DNA of 64,000 nucleotides from Marinicella sp. (GTDB lineage Bacteria > Pseudomonadota > Gammaproteobacteria > Xanthomonadales > Marinicellaceae). The first letter of the stretch is position 1. Each line of letters begins with the position of its first letter. A model generated the notes under the pieces. The model did no database searches. It was not told the origin of the DNA and was given only the letters and a program-made list of their open reading frames with translations. The stretch spans positions 3,232,001-3,296,000 of the forward strand of contig OZ246001.1 of NCBI GenBank assembly GCA_965230295.1, in the 5' to 3' direction. Of this stretch, positions 28,401 through 39,600 are shown piece after piece. Position numbers and translations under genes: made by a program.

Positions 28401-28786
28401 GATAATTCCTGTTTCTTTCAAGCCTAAAAAATAAAGGCGAAGATTGTTGTAAGTTCATATATTCATGCGTCGGCCATGAAAATATGGCGCCAGAAATTAC
28501 TGAGACCCAGTTCTCACTTTTTGAAATAAAACGGTGTTTTTAGCGAATTATTGGCATTTTTTTTCAAAATTTGTCCGTAAGCGCTGGTTGATAGATGATA
28601 TGAGGTTGTCGAATCATGCCTCAACCGACAACATTCTTTTTTCATTCAGGCTCCAAACCAATCTGGTTAACTTGGAAAAAGCACATTATTAGGCGTCAGA
28701 CACATGCAAGCCATCAATGAAGTTAATTTGAATGGTCAACCCACATAAACAGGCAGCTGTTAGAAGATAGGTTGTATACAGTCAAA

Positions 28787-28946
28787 AAGGAATGTCCTTG
28801 GGACTTCATTCACTTTTGTTCTTTACAAAAGTGAAAGCGGCCACGGCGGCCATGGCTTACTACTTCGGGCTTGCACTCTCTGACTCAGCTTGGCTTCGCC
28901 AACCGAGTGCGCCGGTCGAACTGTCCGACAGTTCTCCCAAGTCTGT
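28787..28946 (+). repeat. Short diverged copy of the modular intergenic element
   Basis: AAGGAATGTCCTTGGGACTTCATTCACTTTTGT..ACAAAAGTGAA start; CCAACCGAGTGCG..GAACTGTCCGACAGTTCTC end. Confidence 0.8.
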
Positions 28947-29153
28947 GATGGCTGAATAATAGTTGATGTGGATGGGTACTTAAATGAGTGGGCCTTTATT
29001 AGACAATAATTAACCAACTCTTTTGGGAAATTTGGTTTTTGTTATGAGTTTGATAATAAACCAGATGAACCGACAGATAATTAAGGTGAACTGAAGGAAC
29101 TTGTGGTGATAAACTCTTTATACTTGGACCCATGAATCAAAAATAATCGCTTT

Positions 29154-30221
29154 ATGCTCAAAGAAAAACTACTTAATAACAAAAACTATCAATTTTTTGC
29201 CCTCAATATTGCAGGTTGGGTGGGTTACTGTCTGACCTCGTATGTGGGGCTGTATTATTGGGATAAACCGGCCAAGTATTACTACATGTTATTACTGGGT
29301 TCGGTCATGGGTTTTATCATAACTATCTTCCTGCGGCTGATTTACCGTAAAATTTGGCACCATTCCATCTTCAACATCGTGTTGATGGTGTTGTTGGTCA
29401 GTTACATTTCTTCATTGGTATGGGTGGTGCCCTACAACATTGCCTTTTATGAATGGTTCAAAGGTGGTTGGAAACCAGAACACTGGACCACCTATTTTAT
29501 GGGTGGACCCAATATATTCTATATTTTGTTGTGTTGGAGCTGTTTGTACTTTGGCATCAAGTTTTATCAAGGCATGGAAAAAGCCAGCCAAAAGGCTTTG
29601 AAAGCCACTGCTTTGGCGCATCAGGCCCAACTGAAAATGTTGCGCTATCAATTGAATCCACACTTTTTATTCAACACTTTGAATGCCATTTCTACTTTGA
29701 TTTTGGATAACAGCAACAAAAGAGCGAATGAAATGGTGATTCGTTTGTCTAACTTTTTGCGACACTCATTGGATAATGATCCAATGCAGAAAGTGACCTT
29801 GGAACAAGAGGTGATGACATTGGAATTGTATTTAGGTATTGAAAAGGTCAGATTTGAAGACAATTTAAAGTTGGATTTTGTGATTGAAGAAGAAGCCAAA
29901 GAGGCATTGATTCCCAGTTTGATTTTACAACCGTTGGTTGAAAATTCCATCAAATATGCCATCACCAAATCTGAAAACGGTGGCACCATCAGCTTCAGAG
30001 CCAAAATATTTGGCAATGAATTGTTGATGGAGCTCAAAGATGATGGACCAGGCGTTGATTTGGTTGATGGTGAACTGCCTTGTGGAAGGGGCGTGGGTAT
30101 AGCCAATACCCGAGAACGATTGAATCAACTGTATGAAGATGGACATGCTTTTGCGGTATCCAATGTAGACCCACATGGCTTACAAATCAACATACGTTTG
30201 CCTTTCCAACAAGAACAATAA
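29154..30221 (+). CDS. LytS/AlgZ-type sensor histidine kinase
   Basis: QLNPHFLFNTLNAI, EKVRF, LQPLVENSIKY, GVGIANTRERL; N-terminal TMs. Confidence 0.93.
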   Translation: MLKEKLLNNKNYQFFALNIAGWVGYCLTSYVGLYYWDKPAKYYYMLLLGSVMGFIITIFLRLIYRKIWHHSIFNIVLMVLLVSYISSLVWVVPYNIAFYEWFKGGWKPEHWTTYFMGGPNIFYILLCWSCLYFGIKFYQGMEKASQKALKATALAHQAQLKMLRYQLNPHFLFNTLNAISTLILDNSNKRANEMVIRLSNFLRHSLDNDPMQKVTLEQEVMTLELYLGIEKVRFEDNLKLDFVIEEEAKEALIPSLILQPLVENSIKYAITKSENGGTISFRAKIFGNELLMELKDDGPGVDLVDGELPCGRGVGIANTRERLNQLYEDGHAFAVSNVDPHGLQINIRLPFQQEQ

Positions 30222-30233
30222 ACGGGGATTTGC

Positions 30234-31049
30234 ATGAACGAAAAAATCAGAACACTCATAGTAGATGATGAACTGTTGGCCAGGCGAGGCATGGCTTTGC
30301 GTTTGGATGAATACGAAGACATCGATGTGGTGGCGGAATGTGAAAATGGCCGAGAAGCCTTAGAAAAAATCACTGAACTCACACCGGATTTGGTTTTTCT
30401 AGACATCCAAATGCCTGGTATCAATGGCTTTGAAGTGGTTGAAAAAATGCAAAGTGATGACATGCCTTTGGTGGTTTTTGTCACAGCATTTGATAAGTAT
30501 GCGGTGGAAGCGTTTGAAGTGCATGCTGTTGATTATGTTTTGAAGCCCATTGAAGACAGTCGCTTAGAAGTGGCCATAGAACGGGTCAGAACCCAACTGA
30601 ATCAAAGCGATGCCACCAATCAAAAACAAAGGCTGATTGATTTGATCACCAACATCACCGGTAAAAAGCCTTCACAAATAGATCAGATGCTGGAAAATGG
30701 TCATGACTTGAAGTCGACTTATCCGGAAAAGCTGGCGATCAAGGATGCCGGCAAGACCACTTTAATTCCAGTGGCAGACATCAGCTGGGTGGAAGCTGCC
30801 GGTGATTATATGTGTATCCACAGCAACAACCCCAAACAAGTCAATGTGTTGCGCAGCACCATGAAAGATCTGGAGGAAAAACTCAATCCAGCGTTATTTC
30901 AAAGGGTACATCGATCCACGATTGTGAACATCGACTGTATTCAGAAGATCTGTTCACACATCAATGGTGAATATTTCTTGATTCTGGATGATGAGGCTAA
31001 GATTAAAATGAGCCGTTCCTACCGCAGCAAGATTAAGCACATCATTTGA
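30234..31049 (+). CDS. LytTR-family response regulator
   Basis: VDDE, FLDIQMPG, DYVLKP; FQRVHRSTIVN. Confidence 0.95.
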   Translation: MNEKIRTLIVDDELLARRGMALRLDEYEDIDVVAECENGREALEKITELTPDLVFLDIQMPGINGFEVVEKMQSDDMPLVVFVTAFDKYAVEAFEVHAVDYVLKPIEDSRLEVAIERVRTQLNQSDATNQKQRLIDLITNITGKKPSQIDQMLENGHDLKSTYPEKLAIKDAGKTTLIPVADISWVEAAGDYMCIHSNNPKQVNVLRSTMKDLEEKLNPALFQRVHRSTIVNIDCIQKICSHINGEYFLILDDEAKIKMSRSYRSKIKHII

Positions 31050-31069
31050 CATTTATTCGAAGAACTAAT

Positions 31070-31179
31070 GTCATCCTGAGCGTTGTCGAAGGATCTCCAA
31101 TAGATTTGAGATACCTCCATTACTGAGTTCGATCGATTTGACAAGTATTCGCCATCCCGAGCGCAGTCGAGGGATCTCC
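31070..31179 (+). repeat. Pair of REP-like palindromic units
   Basis: gtcatcctgagcgttgtcgaaggatctcc (31070-31098) and gccatcccgagcgcagtcgagggatctcc (31151-31179). Confidence 0.7.
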
Positions 31180-31409
31180 CAATGACGGTTTGTTTTTCAA
31201 CCTCATCACACCGTTTCAGCACGAGATCACGCAAATTAACCCCTCTCAATCTTTAGAAATGAGTAAATAAACACCCCTGCCAGAAGTCATGAATGGCAAC
31301 ATTTTGATGTTTTTTATCGTATATTTTCGTCACTTAATCGCATTACCCTAGGCTTTCAACCTGGTTTATTAGATCATGTTTCGTATCAAGATTATTGTGG
31401 GCATGACAG

Positions 31410-34400
31410 ATGAAATTAACGACACAAGCACTGAAAAATCCGGCAGCCATTGGCATCGGTATTGTATTTATTGTATTCATGGGCGTGGTCAGTTTATTCA
31501 AACTCCCTGTTCAATTATTTCCTGATATTGAACGTCCCAGAATATCTATTCAAACCAATTGGCGATCGGCATCACCCCAAGAAGTGGAATCTGAAATAGT
31601 TGAACCTCAAGAGCAAATACTCAGGGGCATTCCCGGATTGTCCTCACTCAATGCTTTTGTTAATCGTGGTAATGCTTTTATCAACTTAGAGTTCGGTGTT
31701 GACACCAATATGGAGCAAACGCTGATCGAAGTGATCAGCCGCATGACTCGTTTACCACCACTGCCTGCAGATGCCACACCTCCAAGAATCATGCTCGGTG
31801 GCTTTGGCGGTGGTGGACCCGCGTTGACATGGTTTTTTCTGCAGGCTTTGCCAGAAAATGATCGCCACATTTTTGATTATTTTGAATATGTGGACTCAAC
31901 CATCAGGCCGCGACTAGAAAGTATTCCAGGGGTGTCCAGTGTTCAAACCTTTGATAACAACAATGCTGAAGAAATTCAAATCAGATTCGATCCGGTCAAG
32001 GCGATCGAGTACGGTATCCAAATTCCACAGTTGGTCAATGCCGTTACATTGAGCAATGACGTCACTGGTGGATTTGTAGATGTTGGAAAGCGCCAATATA
32101 CCTTGCGATTCAGCGGCAAATATCCGGTAGAGCAGCTCAACGAACTGACATTGGCTGCTGCCGATGGAACTCGCATTCGTTTGGGTGACATTGCAGTGGT
32201 TGAACGGTATCGCAATGACCGTTTTAATCGTGCCATTCAAAATGGCAATCCAGCTTTCAGTATACGCATTGATAAAGCCAATGGAGCCAATGTTTTGGCT
32301 ACTTTGGAGCGGGTCAAGGCTGAAGTGGACAGAATCAATCAAGACATCCTGGCCGATGAACAATTGGTGATGGTACAGTCATTTGATGCCTCGGTCTTTA
32401 TTTATCGCGCCATCAGTTTAGTGACCAATAATTTATTTGCCGGTGTGATTTTGTCCTTAACGGTGTTGTGGTTGTTTATAAGGCGTGGCAGACCGACCAT
32501 GATCATTGCTGTGGCAATCCCCATTTCATTGCTGGTGACTTTTGTGGTACTCAACGCATTGGGCCGGTCATTGAATGTGATATCGTTGGCAGGTTTGGCC
32601 TTTGCTGTTGGTATGGTGCTGGATGCAGCCATTGTGGTGCTGGAAAATGTACTGCGGTTAAGGGAAGGCGGTCAAAGTAAACAGGAAAGCTCATTACAAG
32701 GGACCCAACAAGTGTGGGGCGCCTTGTTGGCTTCCACAACCACAACGGTGGCCATATTTTTACCGGTGTTCTTTTTGGAAGGTGTGGAAGGTCAGTTATT
32801 CGGTGATTTGGCCTTGACCATTGCCATAGCCGTATCAGTATCGCTGATTGTGGCAGTGGTGCTGTTACCCGTATTGGCTAAGTTGTGGATCAAAGACAAG
32901 AAATTGGATGATAAATTGGCTGATCGATGGCAGAAAATCACACAAATGGTCATGCGCTGGACATCCACCAATAAAAAACGTGTGGGCTTGGCATTTGGTT
33001 TGATGTTTGTTCCGGTGATGATTACATGGGTGGCCATTCCAACCTTAGATTATTTACCTCCAGTTAAGCGAGATGCCGTTGATGCCAACTTGCGCTTTCC
33101 ACCAGGGGCCAATATGGAAACCATTAAACGTGAAGTGGTGGATCCTATAGTAGAACGGTTAAAGCCCCATATGGATGGCAAGAAACAACCGTATTTAAAA
33201 AACTATTACATATTTTATGGTCCTGGCGGTGGTGGCATGGGTATCAGGGCATTGGACCAATCCCGGGTTAATGAATTGTTGGATGTGGTACTCAATGAGG
33301 TGTTGGTTGATTTGCCGGACACCAATGCCTTTGCATCTCAAGGCAATCTATTCGGCGGGTTCAATGGTGGTAGATCGGTATCGATGCACATGCAGTCAAA
33401 AGATGACCGGGCATTGTTAGACGTGGCCAAAGAAGGCATCACCTGGATCGAAGAGGCCATACCAGGTTCACGGGTCCAACCCAACCCCGGGCTGGAATTG
33501 GCCGAGCCTGAATTGCGCCTGACACCCAATGACCGAGAAATATTTGAGCAAGGCTGGACCCGTCGGGATTTGAGTACTGTGGTCAGGACTTTGGGTGATG
33601 GCTTGTATGTGGGTGAGCATTTTGATGGCAGTAAGCGCATCAACATGATCCTCAAATCTGAAGGCTGGAATGATCCGGATAATCTGGGAGATGTCCCGGT
33701 GGTCACCGCAGCTGGTAACATCACTCAAATCAATCAACTTGTAGACATCAGTCGCACAGTAGGTCCCAGTAATTTGCGCAGGTTCAATGGAGAACGAACT
33801 GTCAGTTTGAACATTGTACCGCCCGATGGTTGGTCATTGGAACGAACCATTGCTGTACTTGAAGCCTCAGTAGAACCTAAGATTCGTGGCATATTGCCGG
33901 ATGATGGTGTGATTTTGTATGGTAACAACGTCAGTCAGTTACAGTCTACCATTCAAGTGATGGGACAAAACTTTGCCTTTGCTTTGTTGATACTGTTCTT
34001 GTTGTTGGCAGGTTTGTTCCGCTCGGCCAAAGACAGTTTGTTGGTGTTGGTGACTGTGCCCCTGGCCACTGTAGGTGGTGTTCTGGCCTTACAGTTACTG
34101 AATCGATTTGTGTTCCAGCCATTGGATCTGTTGACCATGATTGGCTTTGTTATTTTACTGGGGTTGGTGGTCAACAATGCCATTTTATTGGTGCACCACA
34201 CCCGCTTGGCAGAAGCCGCCGGAAAATTACGTCGAGAAGCTGTAGAGCAAGCATTGCGTTTGCGACTCAGACCCATTTTTATGAGCACTTTAACCAGTTT
34301 CTTTGGCATGCTGCCCTTGTTACTGGTGCCTGGCGAAGGCAGTGTCATTTATCGAGGCCTGGCCGCAGTCATCGTCGGCGGTTTAGGCATCAGCACTTTG

Positions 34401-34520
34401 TTTACCATTGTATTATTGCCCTGTTTGTTGCAATTCAAACGGACAGAATTTGTTTCATCCATACAGAGAGAAAAGCGTTTGACATCAGCGGTTGCTGATC
34501 CATACAGAGAAGCCCTATGA
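31410..34520 (+). CDS. RND efflux permease (AcrB/MdtB-like)
   Basis: LPVQLFPDIE, GMVLDAAIVVLEN, GLVVNNAILLV, RLRPIFMSTLT; 1036 aa. Confidence 0.95.
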   Translation: MKLTTQALKNPAAIGIGIVFIVFMGVVSLFKLPVQLFPDIERPRISIQTNWRSASPQEVESEIVEPQEQILRGIPGLSSLNAFVNRGNAFINLEFGVDTNMEQTLIEVISRMTRLPPLPADATPPRIMLGGFGGGGPALTWFFLQALPENDRHIFDYFEYVDSTIRPRLESIPGVSSVQTFDNNNAEEIQIRFDPVKAIEYGIQIPQLVNAVTLSNDVTGGFVDVGKRQYTLRFSGKYPVEQLNELTLAAADGTRIRLGDIAVVERYRNDRFNRAIQNGNPAFSIRIDKANGANVLATLERVKAEVDRINQDILADEQLVMVQSFDASVFIYRAISLVTNNLFAGVILSLTVLWLFIRRGRPTMIIAVAIPISLLVTFVVLNALGRSLNVISLAGLAFAVGMVLDAAIVVLENVLRLREGGQSKQESSLQGTQQVWGALLASTTTTVAIFLPVFFLEGVEGQLFGDLALTIAIAVSVSLIVAVVLLPVLAKLWIKDKKLDDKLADRWQKITQMVMRWTSTNKKRVGLAFGLMFVPVMITWVAIPTLDYLPPVKRDAVDANLRFPPGANMETIKREVVDPIVERLKPHMDGKKQPYLKNYYIFYGPGGGGMGIRALDQSRVNELLDVVLNEVLVDLPDTNAFASQGNLFGGFNGGRSVSMHMQSKDDRALLDVAKEGITWIEEAIPGSRVQPNPGLELAEPELRLTPNDREIFEQGWTRRDLSTVVRTLGDGLYVGEHFDGSKRINMILKSEGWNDPDNLGDVPVVTAAGNITQINQLVDISRTVGPSNLRRFNGERTVSLNIVPPDGWSLERTIAVLEASVEPKIRGILPDDGVILYGNNVSQLQSTIQVMGQNFAFALLILFLLLAGLFRSAKDSLLVLVTVPLATVGGVLALQLLNRFVFQPLDLLTMIGFVILLGLVVNNAILLVHHTRLAEAAGKLRREAVEQALRLRLRPIFMSTLTSFFGMLPLLLVPGEGSVIYRGLAAVIVGGLGISTLFTIVLLPCLLQFKRTEFVSSIQREKRLTSAVADPYREAL

Positions 34521-35608
34521 AAACTTTAAAAATCATCATTATCTCATTGATAGTTATCAATTATTTTAGCCCTGTTTATAGTCAGGAAGATGCTCAATTG
34601 GTCAGTACACAAGTGGCAAAAATCGAACAGGTCAGAGCGGTTACCTGGCTGCCTGGCAATGTGGTCAATCGTCTTGATGCCGCCATTTCAGCCGAACAGT
34701 CAGGTCAATTGTTATACATTGTTGAAATGGGTTCACAAGTGGACAAAGGCACGGTGATTGCCAAATTGGATGATCGAGCGCTGAACCTGGAACTCAGTCA
34801 GTTCGAAGCTCAACTCCGTCAAATCAAAGCCAATGTTGATTATTTAAAAGCACAACAAACCAGGATGGAAAAACTGGTTGAAAATTACAGCACTTCAGTG
34901 AGTGAAATTGACCGCAATCGACGCGACTTGAGGGTGGCCAAAGAACAGCAAGCAGCCATGGAGATTCAAATCCAACGCACGAAGTTGGCTTTAGATCAAA
35001 CCCAAATAAAAGCACCATTCAATGGTACAGTGAATGCGCATTTCGTTAACTTGGGAGAGTTGATTTCTGTGAATACACCTTTGATGCAACTGGTTGATAC
35101 TCAGCATTTGGACATCACTGTTGCCACCCCGTTGAACCTCTCTTCTTATGTTACAAAAGTTAAACATGTCCAGGTTAAATGGGGTGATCAATTACATAAT
35201 TTACCCATTAGAAACTGGAGCAGTGCAGGGAACCAAGCATCCAGAACTTTTGATTTACGTGTGGATGCCAGCGGTATTGATTTATTTGCCGGCAGTGCTG
35301 TTTTGGTGTCACTGCCTAAGAGTGAAGAAACGGTGGGTGTGACCATACCGCGTGATGGGTTAATTTTACGCGATAAGGAAAGTTACGTGTTTAAAGTTGA
35401 TGAAGAAAAAGTAGCACATAAAGTCAATGTTGATATTGGATTGGGCATTGATGACTGGGTGGTGGTTAATGGAGACATTCGAGCCGGCGATCAAATCATA
35501 GTTAGAGGTGGTGAACGCTTAGAAGATGGTCAAGCGGTCAGGATCAATAACGCCATAGTCGATCTGATACAAAACAGCTCATTGGAAGGCTTGGCTGATG
35601 CCGGATAA
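34517..35608 (+). CDS. RND periplasmic adaptor (membrane fusion protein)
   Basis: Lipoyl half-motifs (SGQL..VEMGSQVDKGTVIA; IKAPFNGTV..VNLGE); coiled coil; ATGA overlap with the permease. Confidence 0.92.
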   Translation: MKTLKIIIISLIVINYFSPVYSQEDAQLVSTQVAKIEQVRAVTWLPGNVVNRLDAAISAEQSGQLLYIVEMGSQVDKGTVIAKLDDRALNLELSQFEAQLRQIKANVDYLKAQQTRMEKLVENYSTSVSEIDRNRRDLRVAKEQQAAMEIQIQRTKLALDQTQIKAPFNGTVNAHFVNLGELISVNTPLMQLVDTQHLDITVATPLNLSSYVTKVKHVQVKWGDQLHNLPIRNWSSAGNQASRTFDLRVDASGIDLFAGSAVLVSLPKSEETVGVTIPRDGLILRDKESYVFKVDEEKVAHKVNVDIGLGIDDWVVVNGDIRAGDQIIVRGGERLEDGQAVRINNAIVDLIQNSSLEGLADAG

Positions 35609-35838
35609 TGATTGATAGCCAATCCTCGCTGCGGTTGTAGCGTTTTGTAACAGTTGCTTCAATGCCTCAATTAAAATAGATACCATCAATGAGGATGTTA
35701 ATGGTGTCTTGTTTAATTGTTTCTGTTGCCGTGAATTCTGTGCACAAATTGCCTGATTGAGTCTTCACAGTCCCTTCACGAAATTCGTACTACAATGAAC
35801 AAATAGTGAATTTTATACATCAGGTCAGTAAAATCAAC

Positions 35839-36174
35839 ATGTACACTTTGTTCAAAAAACGCCACAACATTTCCCAGATCAGAATATTATCCACCCATGT
35901 GGTCAGGTGTTTTAAGGGACGTTGTTTGATTTCCTCTCATGATGAAAACATTGCAGTTTGGTTGAATAAAAAGGATGTTTCTTATCAAGGTGATTACATC
36001 AAATTCAACATTGAACACAACAAAAGCTATTTCGTGTCTGAATTATACAGAATGTTGGTTGAAGAAGACTATCAGCATGAGGATGAAGAATTCAAAGGAT
36101 CAAAGCTGGTTTCATTGTTCATTGAAGAAAAAGCACCAATGATGCCGGAAGTACAAACTGTGTCTTTGTCTTAA
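35839..36174 (+). CDS. Hypothetical protein
   Basis: 111-122 aa ORF in an otherwise empty region; no motif recognised. Confidence 0.5.
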   Translation: MYTLFKKRHNISQIRILSTHVVRCFKGRCLISSHDENIAVWLNKKDVSYQGDYIKFNIEHNKSYFVSELYRMLVEEDYQHEDEEFKGSKLVSLFIEEKAPMMPEVQTVSLS

Positions 36175-36475
36175 CTCACTGAAAACCATCATAAAAAATC
36201 AAATCCGGTAACAGAAGTGCCAAAATACAATCAAGCGGTTAATGTTGTTAAATAATGATGCTATTGAGTTTTCAACTACAGGCACATGCATGGGGCATCG
36301 AAGTCAGTGATGAATGTGATGAACAAGATTTGGGCAGAAACTATGCCAGTGATTGAACCGATAGGGAAGTTGTGAATGCAGAAGCTTGCCCCTCATTTTA
36401 TTTTCGGTTTATTTAAGGAGCTGGCTTTTGGTGACCCATGAATTCATTGTGTGGGATAGTTTTAAAGACACTGAA

Positions 36476-36500
36476 TACCGGCCTTCGCCGGTACGACGGG
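36476..36500. repeat. Single REP-like hairpin
   Basis: taccggc-cttc-gccggta followed by cgacggg. Confidence 0.45.
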
Positions 36501-36612
36501 ATTCGATTAGGTATTGTCGTTTAATTTAAGAATGAAAGAACATTGAACTGATGATAACTTGTAGTTATCTGGAGCAATTGTAGTTGCATACAAAGTTGAC
36601 CCAATTTACTAA

Positions 36613-39600
36613 TTATTGGCAATCGGTGGTTTTTCGTTCTGCCAAAATACCAGAAACTGTTTGACCGCTGTTTAAAAAGGCACTGGCGGCATCCACATCA
36701 AAAGGCTTGCTGAGCAAGAACCCTTGTACTTCTTCAATGTTGTATGACTCCAATAAATGCAGTTGCTCCATCGTTTCAACCCCTTCAGCCACCACCTCGA
36801 TGTCCAGGTTATGCGCCAAAGTGATGATGGAATCTACCATGCTGGCATCTCTGCTATCTAACACAATGTCCTTGATGAATGACCGGTCTATTTTTAAAGC
36901 ATGTATGGGGAACTGCTTCAAGTAATTGAGTGAAGAAAATCCGGTGCCAAAATCGTCCAATGAGAGTTTGACACCCAGCTTTCTGAGTTCATGTAGGGTT
37001 TTGATGGTGTATTGTAAGTTTTCAATTAAGGTGCTTTCGGTGATTTCCAGTTCCAGTGACTGAGGTGATATCTGGTATTTTTCTAGTACCCTACTGACCA
37101 AAACAACCAATTTTTTATCCATGAATTGCACCGCAGATAAGTTGATGGCTACATGAATATTTTGGTGACCGTTTTGTTGCCACTCATGTAATTGTTTACA
37201 GGCACTTTCAATAACAAATTCGCCTATGGATGCAATCAAGCCAGTTTCTTCAGCAATGGGAATGAAATCATCTGGCGGAATCAAGTCCCGGTCTATTCCT
37301 CGCCATCGGATCAATGCTTCAAATCCTGTGATCTGATCGGTGGCCAAGTTAAATTTTGGTTGATAATGCAACACCAGCTCTTGATTCTTAAGGGCTTTCC
37401 TCAACTTCATTTCAATGTCTACTCGATTCAAAACAGCCTGATTCATCGATTCAGTAAAAAATTGAAAATTATTACGCCCCGTTTTCTTGGCATGGTACAT
37501 GGCTGTGTCTGCTTGCATCAATAAAGTCTCGATATCTATGCCGTCATCGTCTTCATTGTAGGTCGCAATGCCAATACTGGGCGTGATGATCAATTCATGG
37601 TTGGTCAACTGAAAGGGCTTGGCCATTTTTTTCAATACATTTTCTGCAACCCTGATAACGTCGCTGATGTTGTCATAGTCAAGTATGCCAATGGTGAATT
37701 CATCACCGCCAATTCTGGCAACCATGTCTGACTTGCGGATGCAATGGCTTAAGCGGTTGGCTGCAGCAATCAACAACTCATCACCTATGGTGTGTCCAAG
37801 GCTGTCATTGATGTTTTTAAAGTGGTCGAGATCCACAAACATCACAGCCATTTTATTGCCTTTATGTTCTGCCATTTCTAATGATTGTTTCAGTTTAATC
37901 ATCATCAGTGAGCGATTGGGCAGGCCTGTTAAACTGTCATAGTTTGCCAGTTGTTTCAATTCCTCTTCGGTGTGCTTACGATACGTGATGTCGGTGATGG
38001 TGGCAATGTAATGACTGGGTTCTTTTTTGTTGTTATAAATGCAATTGACCCTTAAGTCGATTGGAATGAGCTTGTTATGCACTGTTGTTATGAAAACTTC
38101 ATCATGGTATGAACCGCCATTGATCACGACTTTGCTGATCATTTGGAACAATTCACTGGATTGCATTTCATTGGTGGATATAGGACCAGCACGCCACGGC
38201 ATGAATTTATTGATGATGCGATCATCAAAGCCTGTGATCGCAGTGAACGCAGCATTGATGGAAATGATTTTAAAATCAGCATCTAACACAATGGCGCCAT
38301 CCGATGAACTTTGGAATGCTGAAGCAATGAGCAGGCTGCGCTCTTCTTTTTCTTTGATGGTGTTGATGTTTCTGCTGATGCCATTAACAATCAACGGCTT
38401 GTTATTGAATGAACGTGATGTAACCCGGGCACGATCTTGAATCCAAACCCAATTTCCCTGGTTATTTTTTTGTCGATAAACGGCATCAAACTCATCGCTT
38501 TTTCCGGTCAGAATATCACTGATTTTATGTTGCAATTGTTCGATGTCATCCGGGTGAATTTTGAGGTTGTTACCAGCGAAAGTGCCGGTGAATGTGCGTT
38601 TGCGATCATCTGTCAATTCAGCACTGTTGGTTCTGGTGATTTCTTGCTTTTCGATGTCCCATTCCCACAGTTCATCGCCACTGCCCCAAATGGCTTGTGA
38701 CAATTGTACTTCCCTGTGTTGTAAAGCATATTGGGTTATTAATCGAGATCGATAAAGTCTGAATATCATTAAAGCAATGACTGCTGCAAACAAAAAATAC
38801 AACAATTTTGCCCACCAGGTAAACCATGGTTTGGGAAGTATGTTGAAATTGATGGCAGCTGTGTAATCACTCCACCCAAATCCTGCTTTGGTGGTTTTTA
38901 TTTGCAGTTGATAATCACCGGCTTCCAGATTGGTGAGTGTGAGCTCGTTGTTGTTTTGTAACTCAATCCAATGGTCATCAAGCTGAGGCAATCTGTAAGC
39001 ATAATTTAGGTTCTCTGCATTCAGGTAGTCCAATGCTGCGAACTTAAAATTAATGATCAGGTTGTGATGCGGGAAGGTGAATGTCTCAAGTTTATGAATA
39101 GGGGTTTTGGTGTTTATGGTTTTGTTGTTGTCGATGGTCACGGTCGACAGGTTTGAGTCATTCAAGTGAGTCGCTACTGATAGGTCATTACTATTGATCT
39201 CGGTGATGTATATTTTCACATCCTTTTTTGGGGCCTGAAGTCGGGTGTAATCAAACTTGATGACACCACGGTTGCTACCCATGAATAGCTTACCATCAGT
39301 AGAAATGTATTGAGAGTTCTCATGAAAGGAGATGTTTGACTCAAAGTAGCTGCTGCCATAATTGGTGACTTTTTTATTATTGAAATCAAGGTGGTATAAA
39401 TTCCTTCTGCCAGTAAACCAGACCTCATTCTCATTGAGAGGGAAAATGTTGTAAATACTTTGATCTTTGATGTTAGGGTGGGAGTGGTCCAAATGTAATA
39501 GGCGGTTGACCGTTCCATCTGAATTGAACTCCAATAATGACAAGCCATTGTGAAGTGTCGCAACCCAGTATTGGTTGTTCCAATGTTTTTGTATGGCATA

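Noticed and set aside
29064-29091. Possible LytTR boxes (gatgaac/ggtgaac, 21-bp period; similar at 26066-26108)
   Set aside because: Too short and degenerate to separate from chance by eye.
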